The notes: generated from the sequence alone by a model not told the origin. DNA of 63,870 nt, filler included, from Choristocarpus tenellus KU-1152 (GCA_964200185.2; 11 parts of 11 records of this genome joined end to end with filler, not necessarily neighbours in it); one strand, 5' to 3'; positions 50,701-63,619 are shown, counted from the first letter of the whole stretch. Translations and numbers: made by a program.

Positions 50701-53223
50701 AAGAGCACATTCAAAGAAGGTATTCGTGCACTATGCAGTTTGACCTCACCAATGTAGTTGATCTCTATTCAATAGCTAAATGATGAGAATATTAATAAAC
50801 AAAAGGTGTGTATGTACTTCCCAGAACTTGATGAAGTATTTGCATCCACTATTGGGCTGAGAAGTGGCTCTGTTATACGACACTCGTTGTATTTACAGTA
50901 AGGAATATGCGGGACAGCGGTTGCATCAGAACAAATAAATAATCTCAGCAATCCCGCTCTTTTTTTTTTCTAGTAACTGCCAATAGTATGAAATACATCC
51001 AGTGTGAAGCAGGTATAGCAGATTGGTGTAAAGGGGGTTCGACCAAAATAGGGGCAGTGATTCAGATACCTCTGGCTCAAAAATGTATACAAAAATGTAT
51101 GTAGGTTCCTATTTCTCTCTCACAACGACTGTACTAAAGATAGTTGTCGGTCTTCTAGGATGTAATGAACCTTGTACCATCAGGTAATTAACATCATACC
51201 TTCATAACGTCCTCCCCACCCACCATTTTTCAGCTGACAAAAAAACCTAAGATATCCTGCACTAGACACCAGCCCACCATGAAAAATAGTACAGCATATA
51301 TATATATATATATATTTACTGTTGACGTCAAACCACCCTGCCCAGTCAAAGAGTCGAAGTCCTTCCAATTGCACAGAGCACGGCCTTTCCACACAGGTTT
51401 TTACACCGTTAGAGCCAGTCAGGAAATGACAAAAAAAAACTACAAAAAACTACTCAGCGCAGAGATTTAGTTTAGTGCATTGTTGAGTTGAAAAAAATAT
51501 TTTTAAAGGTCAGAATTTCGGACCATCTAGTTGGTGGGTTTTACAAATTTAAAATATCGGAATGCTGACAAATGTGCCTTCACACACAGAGAGGTTGAGG
51601 CCATGCAGTAACTAACTACCTCCAGCAACTTACTCCAGTACCTAACACGATTTAGAATGCACTGTTATCTGTTGGAGTGCAAGTGTTTTTACTCCATGTG
51701 TGTGTATGACTGCGGCAGTCCAAAACCAAAGCCGTGTTATGAAGAAGTATCAGAGCACCATTGATAAAAAAGCGACCTTATTAGTCTATATGTCGAGATG
51801 TGAGAGTATTAACATCACATCAACGCACATCCTTGGCAGGGACAAGATGAAAGCAAAAAATGCCTCAACTTACACTCCACATATATACACACACAGAGAG
51901 TCTGTGTAGACAGACGCCTTACACATCAGGCACTCCTTTTTGCTCAGTCTCGGTCATAATATTCGGCAACTTGACCAACCTGTGCTCATCATCAGACCAT
52001 GGACAGCTTAAAAGGGATCATCCAGTCCACTACAATTCTCATATAGAATTCAATTAACACGGCCTTGTAGACTCACTGTTCTTATGGAATAAGTTTTTCA
52101 AACAGGCGGGGTGTCCAGCACGCCGTTGACACATTTTTTCAGAAATCAACCATTTCGATTCGTAAGAGTCACTCAAGGTGGGGCACTATGCAAACAATGG
52201 ACGACTCCCAAGCTGAAGGTTTTGGGCTGGGGGTCTTCCTATAAATTTCCTGCATAGTGTTATGCGTGCGCCTATATATGGTTCCACACGCACAACCTCA
52301 AGCTTTGTTCCATATATTCGGGAGAGTTCTGCTAGTCTCTTTTCTTTACCCTATTTTGTACTAACTCAAGTAATAAGTTATAAATATGCGAACAGAATGT
52401 ATAAAATATTCAAATGAGCAGTTTGACCTCATTTTATCTCTTGAGCTCAGTCTGTAAAATTGCATACATAGCGAGGCAAAAAGTATTAAATAGAGAGGTC
52501 AAAGTGAACAGTAGTGGGGGTGGGGCAATTTAGTGAGGGCATACCATCAATATATTCATGAATGGACTGGAGGGATAAGAACTATCAATACAACCAAACG
52601 AACAGGGCAGAGGTAACATACACTTGTGCTTTCAAGAAGACCATAGAGTGAGGAAAACAATCAGGGTGCGTACGTGCTTGAGGTTCAAATTCCTACCCTT
52701 TTCCACCTGCCATAACCTGTATTCCTGTCCACCACCCCTTCACACCTCTGAAGAGAGGGATAGTGCAGCTTGAAAGGAAGGAAATGGTGCGTGTGTGATC
52801 TTCATCTTCATTCATCCCATCCTCACAAATATCTATACAACTCAAAACCACAACTCAACCTTCTACCTTTACAACTTCCAATCACATTTCTCAACCTTTA
52901 CAACTGTACATCATGAGTTATGACTTGACCTCCAATATGCAAGTCTTAGAATGAATGTCACTTTAGGGAGCACTATGTTTGGGAAGAATTGCATGTCTGC
53001 AATACAAATATAACACATGTTTTATTTTACAACACTATCTATCAATAACACCAAACGTAATCCTAACCCCGATCCTAACCCTAACCTAGTGCCAGAACAT
53101 CCAATAACCAAATTATCTACTGTAACACGCAAAAAACTCTACTTAGATCATAAACAGAAGTCAAAATCGAGACTTCACTCAAAAGGCAAAATGTTGGGTT
53201 GAGTGAGGATGCATGGGTAACAA

Positions 53224-55428
53224 TCAGCACACAAACCTCACCCCAAACTGGTCCATTGCAAGGTTGCAAATGCCCTCAAGATCATCATTCCCATGCTTGT
53301 ATCCCTCGTCACCACCCCTACCATAGCCATTTTCACTAGCAGTAGCCATCTTATCATCATCACCATTGCAGCCGTCAACATTTTTCTCAGAGTCTCCTGT
53401 ATTAGCAGCAACAAGGGGCATTTCCACCTTGGGACTCCTCAGTGTATCAACTTCAGACACCACATCTCCCTGCCTCCCTTTGTTGTCATACGTTCCAGAA
53501 GTCCCAGTCTCATTCCCAGTCCCAGTCCCAGTCTCACCCCCATTCCCATTCCTAGTTACAGTGTCAGTCTCAGTTCCTGAGCTAGAGTCAGTGCCAATCC
53601 CACTTCCAGCCCCAGTCTCAGTTCCAGTAGCAGTCCCAACCCCAGCCCCAGCCCCAGCCCCAGCCCCAGCCCCAGCCACAGCCCCAGCCACAGCCCCAGC
53701 CACAGCCACAGCCACAGTCACAGCCCCAGCCAGAGCCACAGCCCCAGCCCCAGTCTCAGTTCCAGCTCCAGTCACAATCCCAGCCCCAGTCACAATCCCA
53801 GCCCCAGTCACAATCCAAGTCCCGGTCCCATTCCCATTATCAGTCCCAGTACCAGCCCCACCTCCATTTCCATTCCCGTTCCCAGTCCCAGTCTCAGTTT
53901 CAGTAGCAGTCCTAGTCCCAGTCCCAGCTCCAGTCCCAGCTCCACTCTGAGCTCCAGCCCCAGCCCCAGCCTCAGCCTCTGTACAAGTCCCAGTCCCAGT
54001 CCCAGTTCCAGATTCAGTCCTCGTCCCAGTCCCAATCCAAGTCCCAGCCCCCTGCTTTGACCCTTGCCCCTCCCTTGTCTCCCTAAGTACCTCACCCGTC
54101 CTGTGTGGTGACACCAACAGCCCCTGCGCGGCAGCTGACCCCTCTTCCATCCCTGACGTCGACCTGGTAGATTTTCTATCTCCTTTTGCCATCTCCTCCA
54201 CACCCTCCCTACAGCCTTTGCCTCCTCTTGATGTCATCCTGACCTGTCCTCCTACTCGGCCCCCCTCCCTTACCACTCTCCTCTCCCTCGAAAAAACGCC
54301 TTGTGAGATCCCCAAACACACACAATCAGAGTCTTCTCCGTCATCACAAGCCCCATCCCCGGTATTACTCACACCACACCCCTCTCCCCCTCCTACCTTG
54401 CCCTTCCCATCTCTGTAGTCACTATCAACTGCCCCACTGTTCCATACCCCATCACTACAACGTAGACGTTCCCTGTAGCACCTCTTGCTGCTATCATAGC
54501 TACCCTCACCACTCTCAGAGCCACTGCTAGATTCTCCTTTTGATGCAACAGGTTGAGACCTACAACGCTTCCGAGAGGATGAAACCTTCAGTGTCCCATC
54601 AATTTTATGGCGCCTCTTTCTGCCAGTGACCCCTGGTCGCCTCATCAGCTCCATTGCCGGCACAATGTGCTTATCACGGTAAGACTCACCAGCACGCATG
54701 AGAATGCTTGCGCAACGACTAATGGCCACCTCTTCCTATTGATTAACCAGGGGTGAGTTGAGTTCCAAGATTAGGGGGGGAGGGGAGGATACGGGGAATG
54801 GGGCGTTGGCAGGGAGGGAAAAATGATGTAGGTATTAAGAAGTTGAGAAGTTACATGGGGCAGGTGAAGGTATCCTATGGGGTCAAAAGCGATCAAACAG
54901 CTCAATCGTTTTACAGATTTAAACGAGTTGTTTTTCAGATCATGTAATTCCTCCTACTTCATTGTTGCTGTGGCTACTGTGCATCAAAAAAAAGAAGCAC
55001 ATCCTGAAAACTGATAGGTATCCATTGTAGAAAAAACGAAAATATTTTTACCCAAAAAGAAAAAAAAAAACACGAAATACCACAAAAAAATAACAAACTC
55101 CACGTCGGCACCACCATAAAAACGCACAGCCCCCATACTAGACCAAACAAAACTTCCATGTTCACACCTTCCAGAGGACATGAAACCTAAAAACACAGCA
55201 GCACCTCCCCCGAACACAACACCAACACCACCAAGCCGGCATTAGCAGGCGCGTCCACCCTCATCGGTGGGTACTTCCATCTCTGCTCACCCCATTGTAA
55301 GTCCTGCAGTTGAATGCAATCCACTCCAAGTCATCGATGAACTCTGTCAGTCCTCTCCGGCGATCGTTATACTCTCCCCTTTCAAGCCTCTTCTCCATGG
55401 TCTGAAGATCCATGGGATGCCACACTGA
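53224..55428 (-). CDS. Bromodomain-containing protein, last two exons (55428-55291, 54735-53224), with a long Gly/Ala/Thr/Glu low-complexity tail
   Basis: Exon reads SVWHPMDLQTMEKRLERGEYNDRRRGLTEFIDDLEWIAFNCRTYNG|gtgagc, spliced at phase 0 to tag|EEVAISRCASILMR. PMDLxTM, FxxDLxxIxxNCxxYN and helix C are the C-terminal half of a bromodomain. The 501-aa ORF in the track is the terminal exon. Confidence 0.88.
53500..54050. repeat. Coding hexanucleotide array (CCCAGY/CCACAG) encoding Gly-Ala/Gly-Thr dipeptides
   Basis: Runs of CCCAGC, CCCAGT, CTCAGT and CACAGC within the bromodomain gene terminal exon. Confidence 0.9.
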
Positions 55429-55964
55429 CTGCATCCAGTTGTTTGTTTGTTGGTCGCAGGCACAACAAGACGAAGGTAAGAACGTTCACACGGTAAAAAA
55501 AAAAAAAAAGGTAAGGGAAAGACATGAGATCCAAAGCACATTAAGATANNNNNNNNNNNNNNNNNNNNNNNNNNNNNNNNNNNNNNNNNNNNTTAATTAA
55601 TTAANNNNNNNNNNNNNNNNNNNNNNNNNNNNNNNNNNNNNNNNNNNNAAATAGGGTGTTGTCATAGACTCTTCCCCCTTCAGAACTATAAACACAAACA
55701 AATGAAGACAGGAATCGTGTCTCAAATACAAACAAAATTGTCTAAAAACCACGTAAGATAGTAAATGTCATAACAAGGCTACTCACACTGGTTGGAATGC
55801 GGAAAGGCAGACATGGTATTCGCCTGTAGCATGCCCCCCAGCGTGAACTAGGAATACATGCTTCACGCTTGCCACAGGCGATTATCGCAGGCCAGGACAA
55901 TAAATATCATCTATCAACTCGACTCGTGCTGCGGCAGCATGTCTTAATTGCCACATGGCGACAT

Positions 55965-56195
55965 AGGGGCTCCAGTTCCGACTCTGCCAGTTTTTTTGCA
56001 ACCTAGGGACTCCAGTTCCGACTCCGTTCCCACTCTGCCAGTTTTTTTGCAACCTAGGGACTCCAGTTCCGACTCCATTCCCACTCTGCCAGTTTTTTTA
56101 CAACCTAGAGACTCCAATTCCGACTTTGTTCTGACTCTGTTCCGACTCCGTTCCCACTCTGCCAGTTGTTTCCAACATAGAGACTCCAGTTCCAA
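55965..56195. repeat. 54-bp tandem repeat, about 4 copies
   Basis: ACTCTGCCAGTTTTTTTGCAACCTAGGGACTCCAGTTCCGACTCCrTTCCC repeated. Confidence 0.92.
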
Positions 56196-56401
56196 CTAAA
56201 CCCGTGGATTCCAACAATGGTCAACATATCTCGTCGTTTCTTTTGAGACTGTGAAAAGGGGTTGAGTTATTGATGCGTGGATGCAATGCATAAACACGTT
56301 GATCCGTCGCGACTGCTGCAAGAGTTGTCGCAAGTCTGGCCTTGGGAAGGAACATCTCCGAATCACTGATTTCCAGCGGAACCTGTGAAATAAAAGAACA
56401 G

Positions 56402-57113
56402 TGTGATACACGAAAAACAGATCGGGGATGTGAGTGTACGAATGGCGAGGAAGAACTACCTAGGCGATGTCTATACCATGGCGATCAGAAGCCTCTCATT
56501 TTATGACTATAGGCGAGTGATGTGGCGATCAGAGGCCACTCGTTTTACGGCCAGAGAAGGGCGATTCCCTCAGAGCCACAGAAGCCCTCACACCCATGAC
56601 GATGACGAGCCCAAGGAGGGAATCCCGTAGACGACGAATGAAGACCACAAACCCAGGTGGAACAAGAAAATAATCCAGGTGGAACAAGAAAACAATCCAG
56701 GCGGGCGTGGGAAGCTACAAAGTGTCCTATGTGTTGAGGTGAAGACCGAGTAGTCTCTACAGTTTGAAGAGAGGCGGTAGGACCTCCAGTCTCGGTAGGA
56801 CCTCCATGTTACAGGGGCCCCCGAAAGCTTACCTCCACGGATGTATAGCTCCAATCTATGGGCTTATAGATCATACTGATGTATGTATAGGACTCTTGAT
56901 GCACAAGTCGTCAAGTATGCTGGATCTCTCACTTGGATTATCATCAATATCATCGTAAAAGAAAGGAACTGATCAACGATGTCTTATCACAATCGGGGGC
57001 CATAATGACCAAATAATAAATAAATAATCAAGAAGTACAAATATATTAAATCTAGAACTTCAATTTCATAATGGTGTTTATGAAGCCGCCATCAAGACAT
57101 ATCGCCTGTGACA
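56402..57113. mobile_element. Solo LTR-like repeat (~712 bp, TG...CA); fragments at 17926-~18170, 25629-25877 and 22723-22808 (inverted)
   Basis: Termini TGTGATA...TGTGACA. The left part matches 17926 onward and the right part matches 25629-25877 and the reverse complement of 22723-22808, each ending at the same TGT.ACA/TGTAGCA boundary. No TSD found. Confidence 0.7.
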
Positions 57114-59577
57114 TTACTGCCTTAACAGAGAGTGTAATATTGATCTCAGACAACAAAATCAAACCAACCAGTCATAGTACTTAACAGCGTGAGATTTCAA
57201 AGCTGAATTAGGTACAACATGCTTGATTGTCCAAAAATGCATAGGACAACTGTGCAACATTCACGGATACTTCCCCTTCCCCAATGTGTTGAAGAAGAAC
57301 ACTGTCAATGCTCACGTCATGCTTGGTTTTCTTGGTTCTATCAAACAAAAGGTGTTTGTAAGCACCCCTTGAATGGTAACTGCTATGATGATATCTCCAT
57401 GGAAGACGTATTGGCAATTCATCTTCAGTAATCAAATGTGCGTGTTGGCACCCTTAATTTCTTTTCAAGCTGCATGATTTTTGTAGTTAAGACACTTTTT
57501 CGACATTGATATGACATTCTACACTCCACAAAGGACATAATTTACATACCTCTAAAATTATACAAACGCGAATGTAATACACCTGCAAACAACTCATCAT
57601 CCCCTCGCATACCCTAACTACATAGAACGCACAAATACTCTCCCTTCACACCCCTGACAAATTGACGAGGCCCCCCAAGATCGATTGACAAACAGATATT
57701 TCTTAACGCTGCATATGACAAACACTAAAAACCCTACCTCAGTTAACCTTAATCCTACTCGATCAAGGCGATAAACCCAAGAGATGAACCAACACAATCC
57801 ACACTTCACCACAAAACAACACCCAAAACACCCCACCCCAGAAATCGATCCCCAAGAAGGCTAATTTTGCAACATCTAAGGGTTAAGTATACACGCTAGA
57901 TGCAGACACTATGCAATATTTCACTGAAAAAAGACCAACCCTCCATGACTGAAGACACTCGAATATGCCTTTTTCCCAACGTTTTCATACCATTTTCCAA
58001 CACTATACAAGGGCCCATTTGGACACCCCAGTGCGGACCCCCCCCCCCCCCTCAGGTTTTGGTCCAGTTTATTGTTTAAACTACCATATTTCGTTATTTC
58101 TAGAGTAGGAACATTTACTAGTAACGATGTTGACATCATCAGCTGAAGGTGGGTACCAACTTTGCCCTGCTCAATAAATGTGAAAAAAGATCAAAAATGT
58201 ACTCACAGAATTCTACTTGAGAGTAAGTTCCTTATCTTTCCATAGAGAAAAATACTCCAATTTAAATTACACCTCTTCTCCATCACACCGCATCCAATGA
58301 GAACAATAAGAGGTTTTCTCCAAAATCTAAACTATGCCAAATACCTGATTATCTAATTTTGTGAGAATGGAGAGGTTTTCTATAGTTTCCAAGCTTGCAC
58401 TGTTATGCCTCCAACACATCTCTCTTGCTGTCTCTTGGTGTCTGGCTACCTATGGTTTGCCCTTCGCACTTTCACACAAAGCTTGAAATGTATATCATGG
58501 CATACCAAAACAGAAGAATTACTTCAGCATCCACAATATGGTTCCCCCCCAAAACGATTTACTCCCAACCCTCCCAGCATCGCCTCAGCTGTTGTTTAGT
58601 GCTACTCTCAACATGCTCAACTCAACCAGAGAAGTAGATATGGCGTCCATTGAGGGGCATGGTAGGGCGGTTGGTGTTGCCTCCCTCGCTCACCTGGTAA
58701 AATAAGGGGTCAAAGTATCTTGGAGGGGTGTGTGTGGTTTGTGAGGGGGCGTACGTTTCGGCCCTGACGAGGTGTTCAAAAATTCGGGGAATAGAATTGC
58801 TGTCTTCAGTCGTGGAGGGTTTGTCCTTTTTTGATGTATTTTGGAACAAACTGCATTTAGGACCTGCGCTTGGCGCTTGAGTGCGTGTATTCTGTGTGAT
58901 TATGGATTTGGAAACTTTCCGTTTTGCTCAAAATTTGTAGTTAGGTGGTTGTTGCCGTTTGGATTTGGAATGAAAGAGGGGTTATCTGTTGTGGAAATTT
59001 CGCCTTGTGTTTTAGATGGTGGTATCAAGTACGGGATGTTTCTTCATCTAGTTTATGTTTGCAAGGTTTCTGTCAATGACTCTTCAGCCCGAGCAATGGA
59101 AATGATCAAGGGAGAAGGGCTGTGGGTTGCATACTCCAGGTCATGTCCCAGCACAAATTGGGTGCCCTTGGATTGCCATTGTTATTGTGTTAGACATTGG
59201 GTCGATTGGTCTTAGCACCATATTGCATACACGTCGGAGGGTTAGTTGTGTGAGATAGAGGTCTTGGTACGGTGTGCATGGTCATGGTTGGAAGGGTTCT
59301 GCATGCTCCAGAGGACGCAGAGTAAGAGAAGACACAACCATTGCGGTGCAATGTTTCTGGAATTTAGATATCACATTAGGCGGGGCTATAGGACAAACAC
59401 ACCAAAATATTGTATTGCGATGTGTAAATGATCTCATCCAAGGGCGCATTATGGGGGATGGCAATAAGTATGAGAGAACAATGGCAGAACACACCAATCC
59501 AAATAAAATTCAGGTTGCCACCAGGCGAAGAAAAGTATGTGTACGAGGTCATATGAACACTAACCCTATCGGAAGAT

Positions 59578-59837
59578 GAGTGAAAGTATCCTAGAGGGCA
59601 CGAGTTTTGCCCTGCTTGTGTCCGTTTGGGGCTTGGCTTCCCATGTTTTTTTTAATGACATTTTACCTACTCTGGAACATTTCAGAGTAGGTAAAATGTT
59701 TACATTACGAGAAGTTGTGTCCGGAACAAGGATACTGGCGCTTCCTCACAAACACGATAGCCAAATTTCATCAAAATTGCAACATTGGATTTTGGCCCCC
59801 AAAGGACGCGGCTCTACCCTCTGAGATAATTTGACTC
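59578..59837 (+). mobile_element. MITE family A, full length, 4-bp TSD AGAT
   Basis: AGAT at 59574-59577 and 59838-59841; TIRs present. Confidence 0.9.
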
Positions 59838-59892
59838 AGATGGTATTAGAATATACCATTGGTAAAAAAACTGTTGATTTAGAGAACGTCCG

Positions 59893-60144
59893 GAGTATAA
59901 ATATCTTAGAGGGTACGGGTTTTCTTCCTGTTTGTCCATTTGGGGCTTAACTGCCGACATGTTTAAAATGACATTTGACCTACCCCAAGAAGTAGGTAAA
60001 ATGTTTACGTTATGAAACGTAGTGTCCGAAACAAGGATGTTGACATCTCCTAGCAAAGATGATAGCCAAGATTACATCAAAATCGCAACATAGGATTTTG
60101 GTTCCCAAATGGACACACCTCTACCCTCTAAGATACTTTGACTC
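59893..60144 (+). mobile_element. MITE family A, second adjacent full-length copy
   Basis: TIRs and shared internal sequence; no clean TSD. Confidence 0.85.
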
Positions 60145-60599
60145 GCAACTCATTTGCGTGCAATACCTCTGAGGGTGTTGTTGACACAGTACATCCGGGT
60201 GACACACCCTCTTGTTGGTATGTGGGTCCAAATGGTGCATTCCAGCGGTTGAGACATGAGACGTGATTGGGTCGTGTGGCATGGCAGTGCTATTGCTCTC
60301 CCGGACGGTGATATCAAGGACATGTGTTCCAGGGTGCTGCACGTCAAACTGTTGCGAGGAACTGTCCCTCGCCACGTTGAATGCCCTCGGTCTATTCTTT
60401 TTACTCCTGGAAAGAATGGAACATGTGGAATAGGCGTTAATTACACACTGTGTGAGACTTAGGAACTCTGTAAGATATGTTAAAATATCGATTTTGTAAG
60501 GGTAAACAATTGACTTAGGTATAGACCGGGTTTTCCCCCTTGATGCTGTGCAAATTACCTTGGGAGGAAATGCTATTTGTTAGTAGTGAAGATAAGAAG

Positions 60600-61063
60600 G
60601 TGTGAAGCCTCACACGATTATGGCCACGCACACGAGGCATTGCTCAAGTCCACCGCCACTTCAATGGGCATTACATTGATGGGTGAGCTGGAGCCATGTG
60701 CGGGCTGCTCAATGAGCAAGGGCATACAGAAGGGCGTTCGGTCCAGCACGTCTACAAGGGCGGTAAGAAAGCTGGATCGGGTTTTGTCGACCTAGGTGGG
60801 AAGAGGGCTACCCTTTCAATCGGTGGTAAACAATACACCGTGATAATCCGGGACGATTATACTCATTCTGTTTGGTTGTATTTCCTCCTTCGTGCTAAGT
60901 CGGATGCGCCACCGAAGCCTTCAAGAAGTACCTGGTCGATATCCGGGCTGATGGTACTCCCTCTCGGGTCATGTGTGTGCGGTCTGATAATGGGGGGGAA
61001 TTTTATGAGGGTGCTTTCGGCGCTCTTTGTCGTGATCGGGGAATAAGACAGGAGTTCACACCT
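60600..61063 (+). mobile_element. Ty1/Copia integrase relic (GAG-pre-integrase zinc finger plus rve core), frameshifted
   Basis: HDYGHAHEALL...CAGCSMSKG (HHCC), FVDLGG...GGKQYTVIIRDDYTHSVWLYFL, VRSDNGGEFYEGAFGALCRDRGIRQEFT across frames. Confidence 0.92.
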
Positions 61064-61163
61064 NNNNNNNNNNNNNNNNNNNNNNNNNNNNNNNNNNNNN
61101 NNNNNNNTTAATTAATTAANNNNNNNNNNNNNNNNNNNNNNNNNNNNNNNNNNNNNNNNNNNN

Positions 61164-61830
61164 GGGTCTGGCGCGGAGGTATAGAGCCGAGGCGCAGCCC
61201 AGATCCAGTGAGTGTGTGCAGGGGAAAGGGAGTACTGGCTGTTGTATCTCGGAGAAACAGATCGCACAGTGTTCCGGTGAAAGCTGACGTGGTTGTTGGG
61301 ATGGGCGAAGGTTGGGGTCCCTGGTGGGGGAGGCTGGCCTTCGAAGCCCTGTAATATCTCTTATCACCTCCTCTCCTGCCTCCTCCTCCTTGTAGCTGTG
61401 TAGGGGCGAGTCCTTCTCCCTGCTATCATCGTCGTGTGCCTCTACCACCTCTCCGACTCCATCCCTTTGGGTGCTTGTTCGATTTTCCGTCCGGGCTACG
61501 CCTTCCTGTAGAGCCGAAACATGTCTACCTATTCCCAAAGAGGAGTGATTTACTCTGCTTATGTTCCCCCCTTGCCCGCGCCTATCTCGTGAGCCTCCAT
61601 TCCCATCCTCGATCGCCTCCACCTCGTCCCCATGTTGGCCCATTCCGTTCTCTGTCCATCCTTCTTCTCCATTCTGCAAAATCGAGACCTGCGTATCTCT
61701 TCCTGGAGCTGGGTTAACCCTTCCACTTTTATTCGGTCCTTGTCTTTGCCTGTCTCGTGTACCGTCGTCGCCTTCCTCCATCACCTCCACAACCCCATCC
61801 CCTCCTCCTTCAACTTATGTATGTTTATCT
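61164..61830 (-). CDS. ORF/exon with ~55-aa imperfect repeats followed by a partial RING-like zinc finger, truncated by linker
   Basis: Open for more than 200 codons; ends CAICFSEIQQPVLPFPCTHSLDLGCASAL (C-x2-C...C-x-H...C). Could be a host gene exon or a retroelement ORF. Confidence 0.45.
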
Positions 61831-62090
61831 TTAGTTCGATACAATGCAAAGTAGTACGTGCATAGCGGTATAATGAGTCAGCATTCATTCATACGTCAGT
61901 GATAATGGATGGCTGGCGGGCAATTAGCATTCAGTGTATGTTTTTTTTTATGTTTTACCATGTAACTCAACTACCAGTTTGGACGACGAGCCTTACATGT
62001 GTTTCTTCAACGCCTTTAAGCACCTAATAAGAAACTCTAGCTAGGGGAAGTGCAACCGAACTGGATTAGTTTGAGGATATTACATCACTC

Positions 62091-62935
62091 ATGGCTTCTG
62101 ATGGATTTCACACCAAACTCCTCCAGCTCGCCGATGAAAACTATGCCGATTGGTTCGCCACAACCCGTGCATTTTTGGGTGCAAAGGGCGATATTGATCA
62201 GGCACTAGAGGTTAGGGAGGAACCCATCAGGGTGGGTGACATAGAATTCATTAAGGGGGAAGATGTCAGTGAAGATGAGGTCACTGAACCCAAGAAGGCA
62301 TAAGACGTTTTGTTACGAAGCACCACTGGCTTCTACAGGTGCATTGTACGCAATGCAGCATCACAGCCTAAGGCACGGAAGCAGCTGAAGGAACATTTTA
62401 TTCGTTCAGATGAGGAAATAGCACAGCTTCAGAAGAAGGTGATGACTGTCAAAATGCCACGGGGATTCGACCCCAAAATCACCTTTACTATGATGCTGGA
62501 CTGGGTTGAGCAAATGGCAATGATGGAGCGTGTAATGTCTGAACAAGTACTCCAAATTACCATGCTGGACTGTTTGGATGACGACTATCAAAACACTAAA
62601 CAGTACTTAATGCATTATAATAAAAGTGAGCGTTCGAGAGCTATTATACAACAAGCTGCTCGTTCGCGCTACTTCTCACTCCAACGGGAGGTAGCAGATG
62701 ACGGAGAGCCAGGGAACGCTCTGTCCACCCAGACTAACCTAAAGGTTGCAACCAAGGTACGACTGGTCATCGTACACACCCTGGGACGACAGGATCCCGT
62801 ACCAGGGGACTGAACAAGGCCCGAGAGAAATGTTGAAAAACGTGGGTTGGCTAAGCATTTCGGTTCCTATACGTTTGGAGGACCGTGTTACAGCAGCGGA
62901 AAAATTGGCCACCTGCGAGCTGTGTGCCCTTAGAG
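62091..62935 (+). mobile_element. Ty1/Copia gag relic (UBN2-like domain plus degenerate zinc knuckle), with internal stops
   Basis: LADENYADWFATTRAFL, ARKQLKEHF, ITMLDCLDDDYQ, and downstream CYSSGKIGHLRAVC (CX2CX4HX4C with one C>S). Confidence 0.8.
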
Positions 62936-63619
62936 GGGGGCAAAACTGTTAAAATCGACGGTAATACTAGCTGAAGTAGATGAACCAGCTGTTAAAACAT
63001 AGGCTACTTACTCATTTGTTTGTTCCTTGATACGATACAGTTCCACCAGTAAACACTGACTGTTGATTGGTCTGTTACGTTCTGGATGTTACTCTCACTA
63101 CTTCGTCATCACCACATCAACTATAATCAGAACATAATTAGTACAGAACAGTCGCTCTGCATCAACAAATAGTATAGTATAGTGTACGTCACTTCAGTTG
63201 CATCACATATTGTTTCAATTTTGTTCTGTTGTTCTGTTGTTTGTTTTTCTTTCACTCTTTCTTCTTATCAGCAGAAGATGAAAGTTGTACGTTGATGGTT
63301 GATTATTATTTCTTTCGTGACTGTCATTGATCGCTCAAATTGTACCAAAGCCACTCCGCAAAGTGTGTATCAAACACACACATGGATGTAATATAATCAG
63401 AGTTAAAACCATCCGCGGAAACCCTTGCCAGCCAAGGTACCAAGCCTCTCCACAGAGCATGTGGACCCCTTTTGTTGAGTATCACATGAAAGAACACTGA
63501 ATTCACATCAAATCATTCTGGATTGAGCAACCAAGAATACTGAATTCACATCGCATCGTTCCTGACTTAGAGATCAATGACCTCAGTTACAACAGAACAA
63601 ATACATCGTTGCTTTGCAG

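Noticed and set aside
53366-53950. 194-aa Pro-Val/Pro-Ala ORF on the + strand
   Set aside because: Antisense shadow of the hexanucleotide repeat in the bromodomain gene exon.
60600-62935. Copia integrase and gag as one element
   Set aside because: They are separated by a linker and in the wrong order, so they lie on different contigs.
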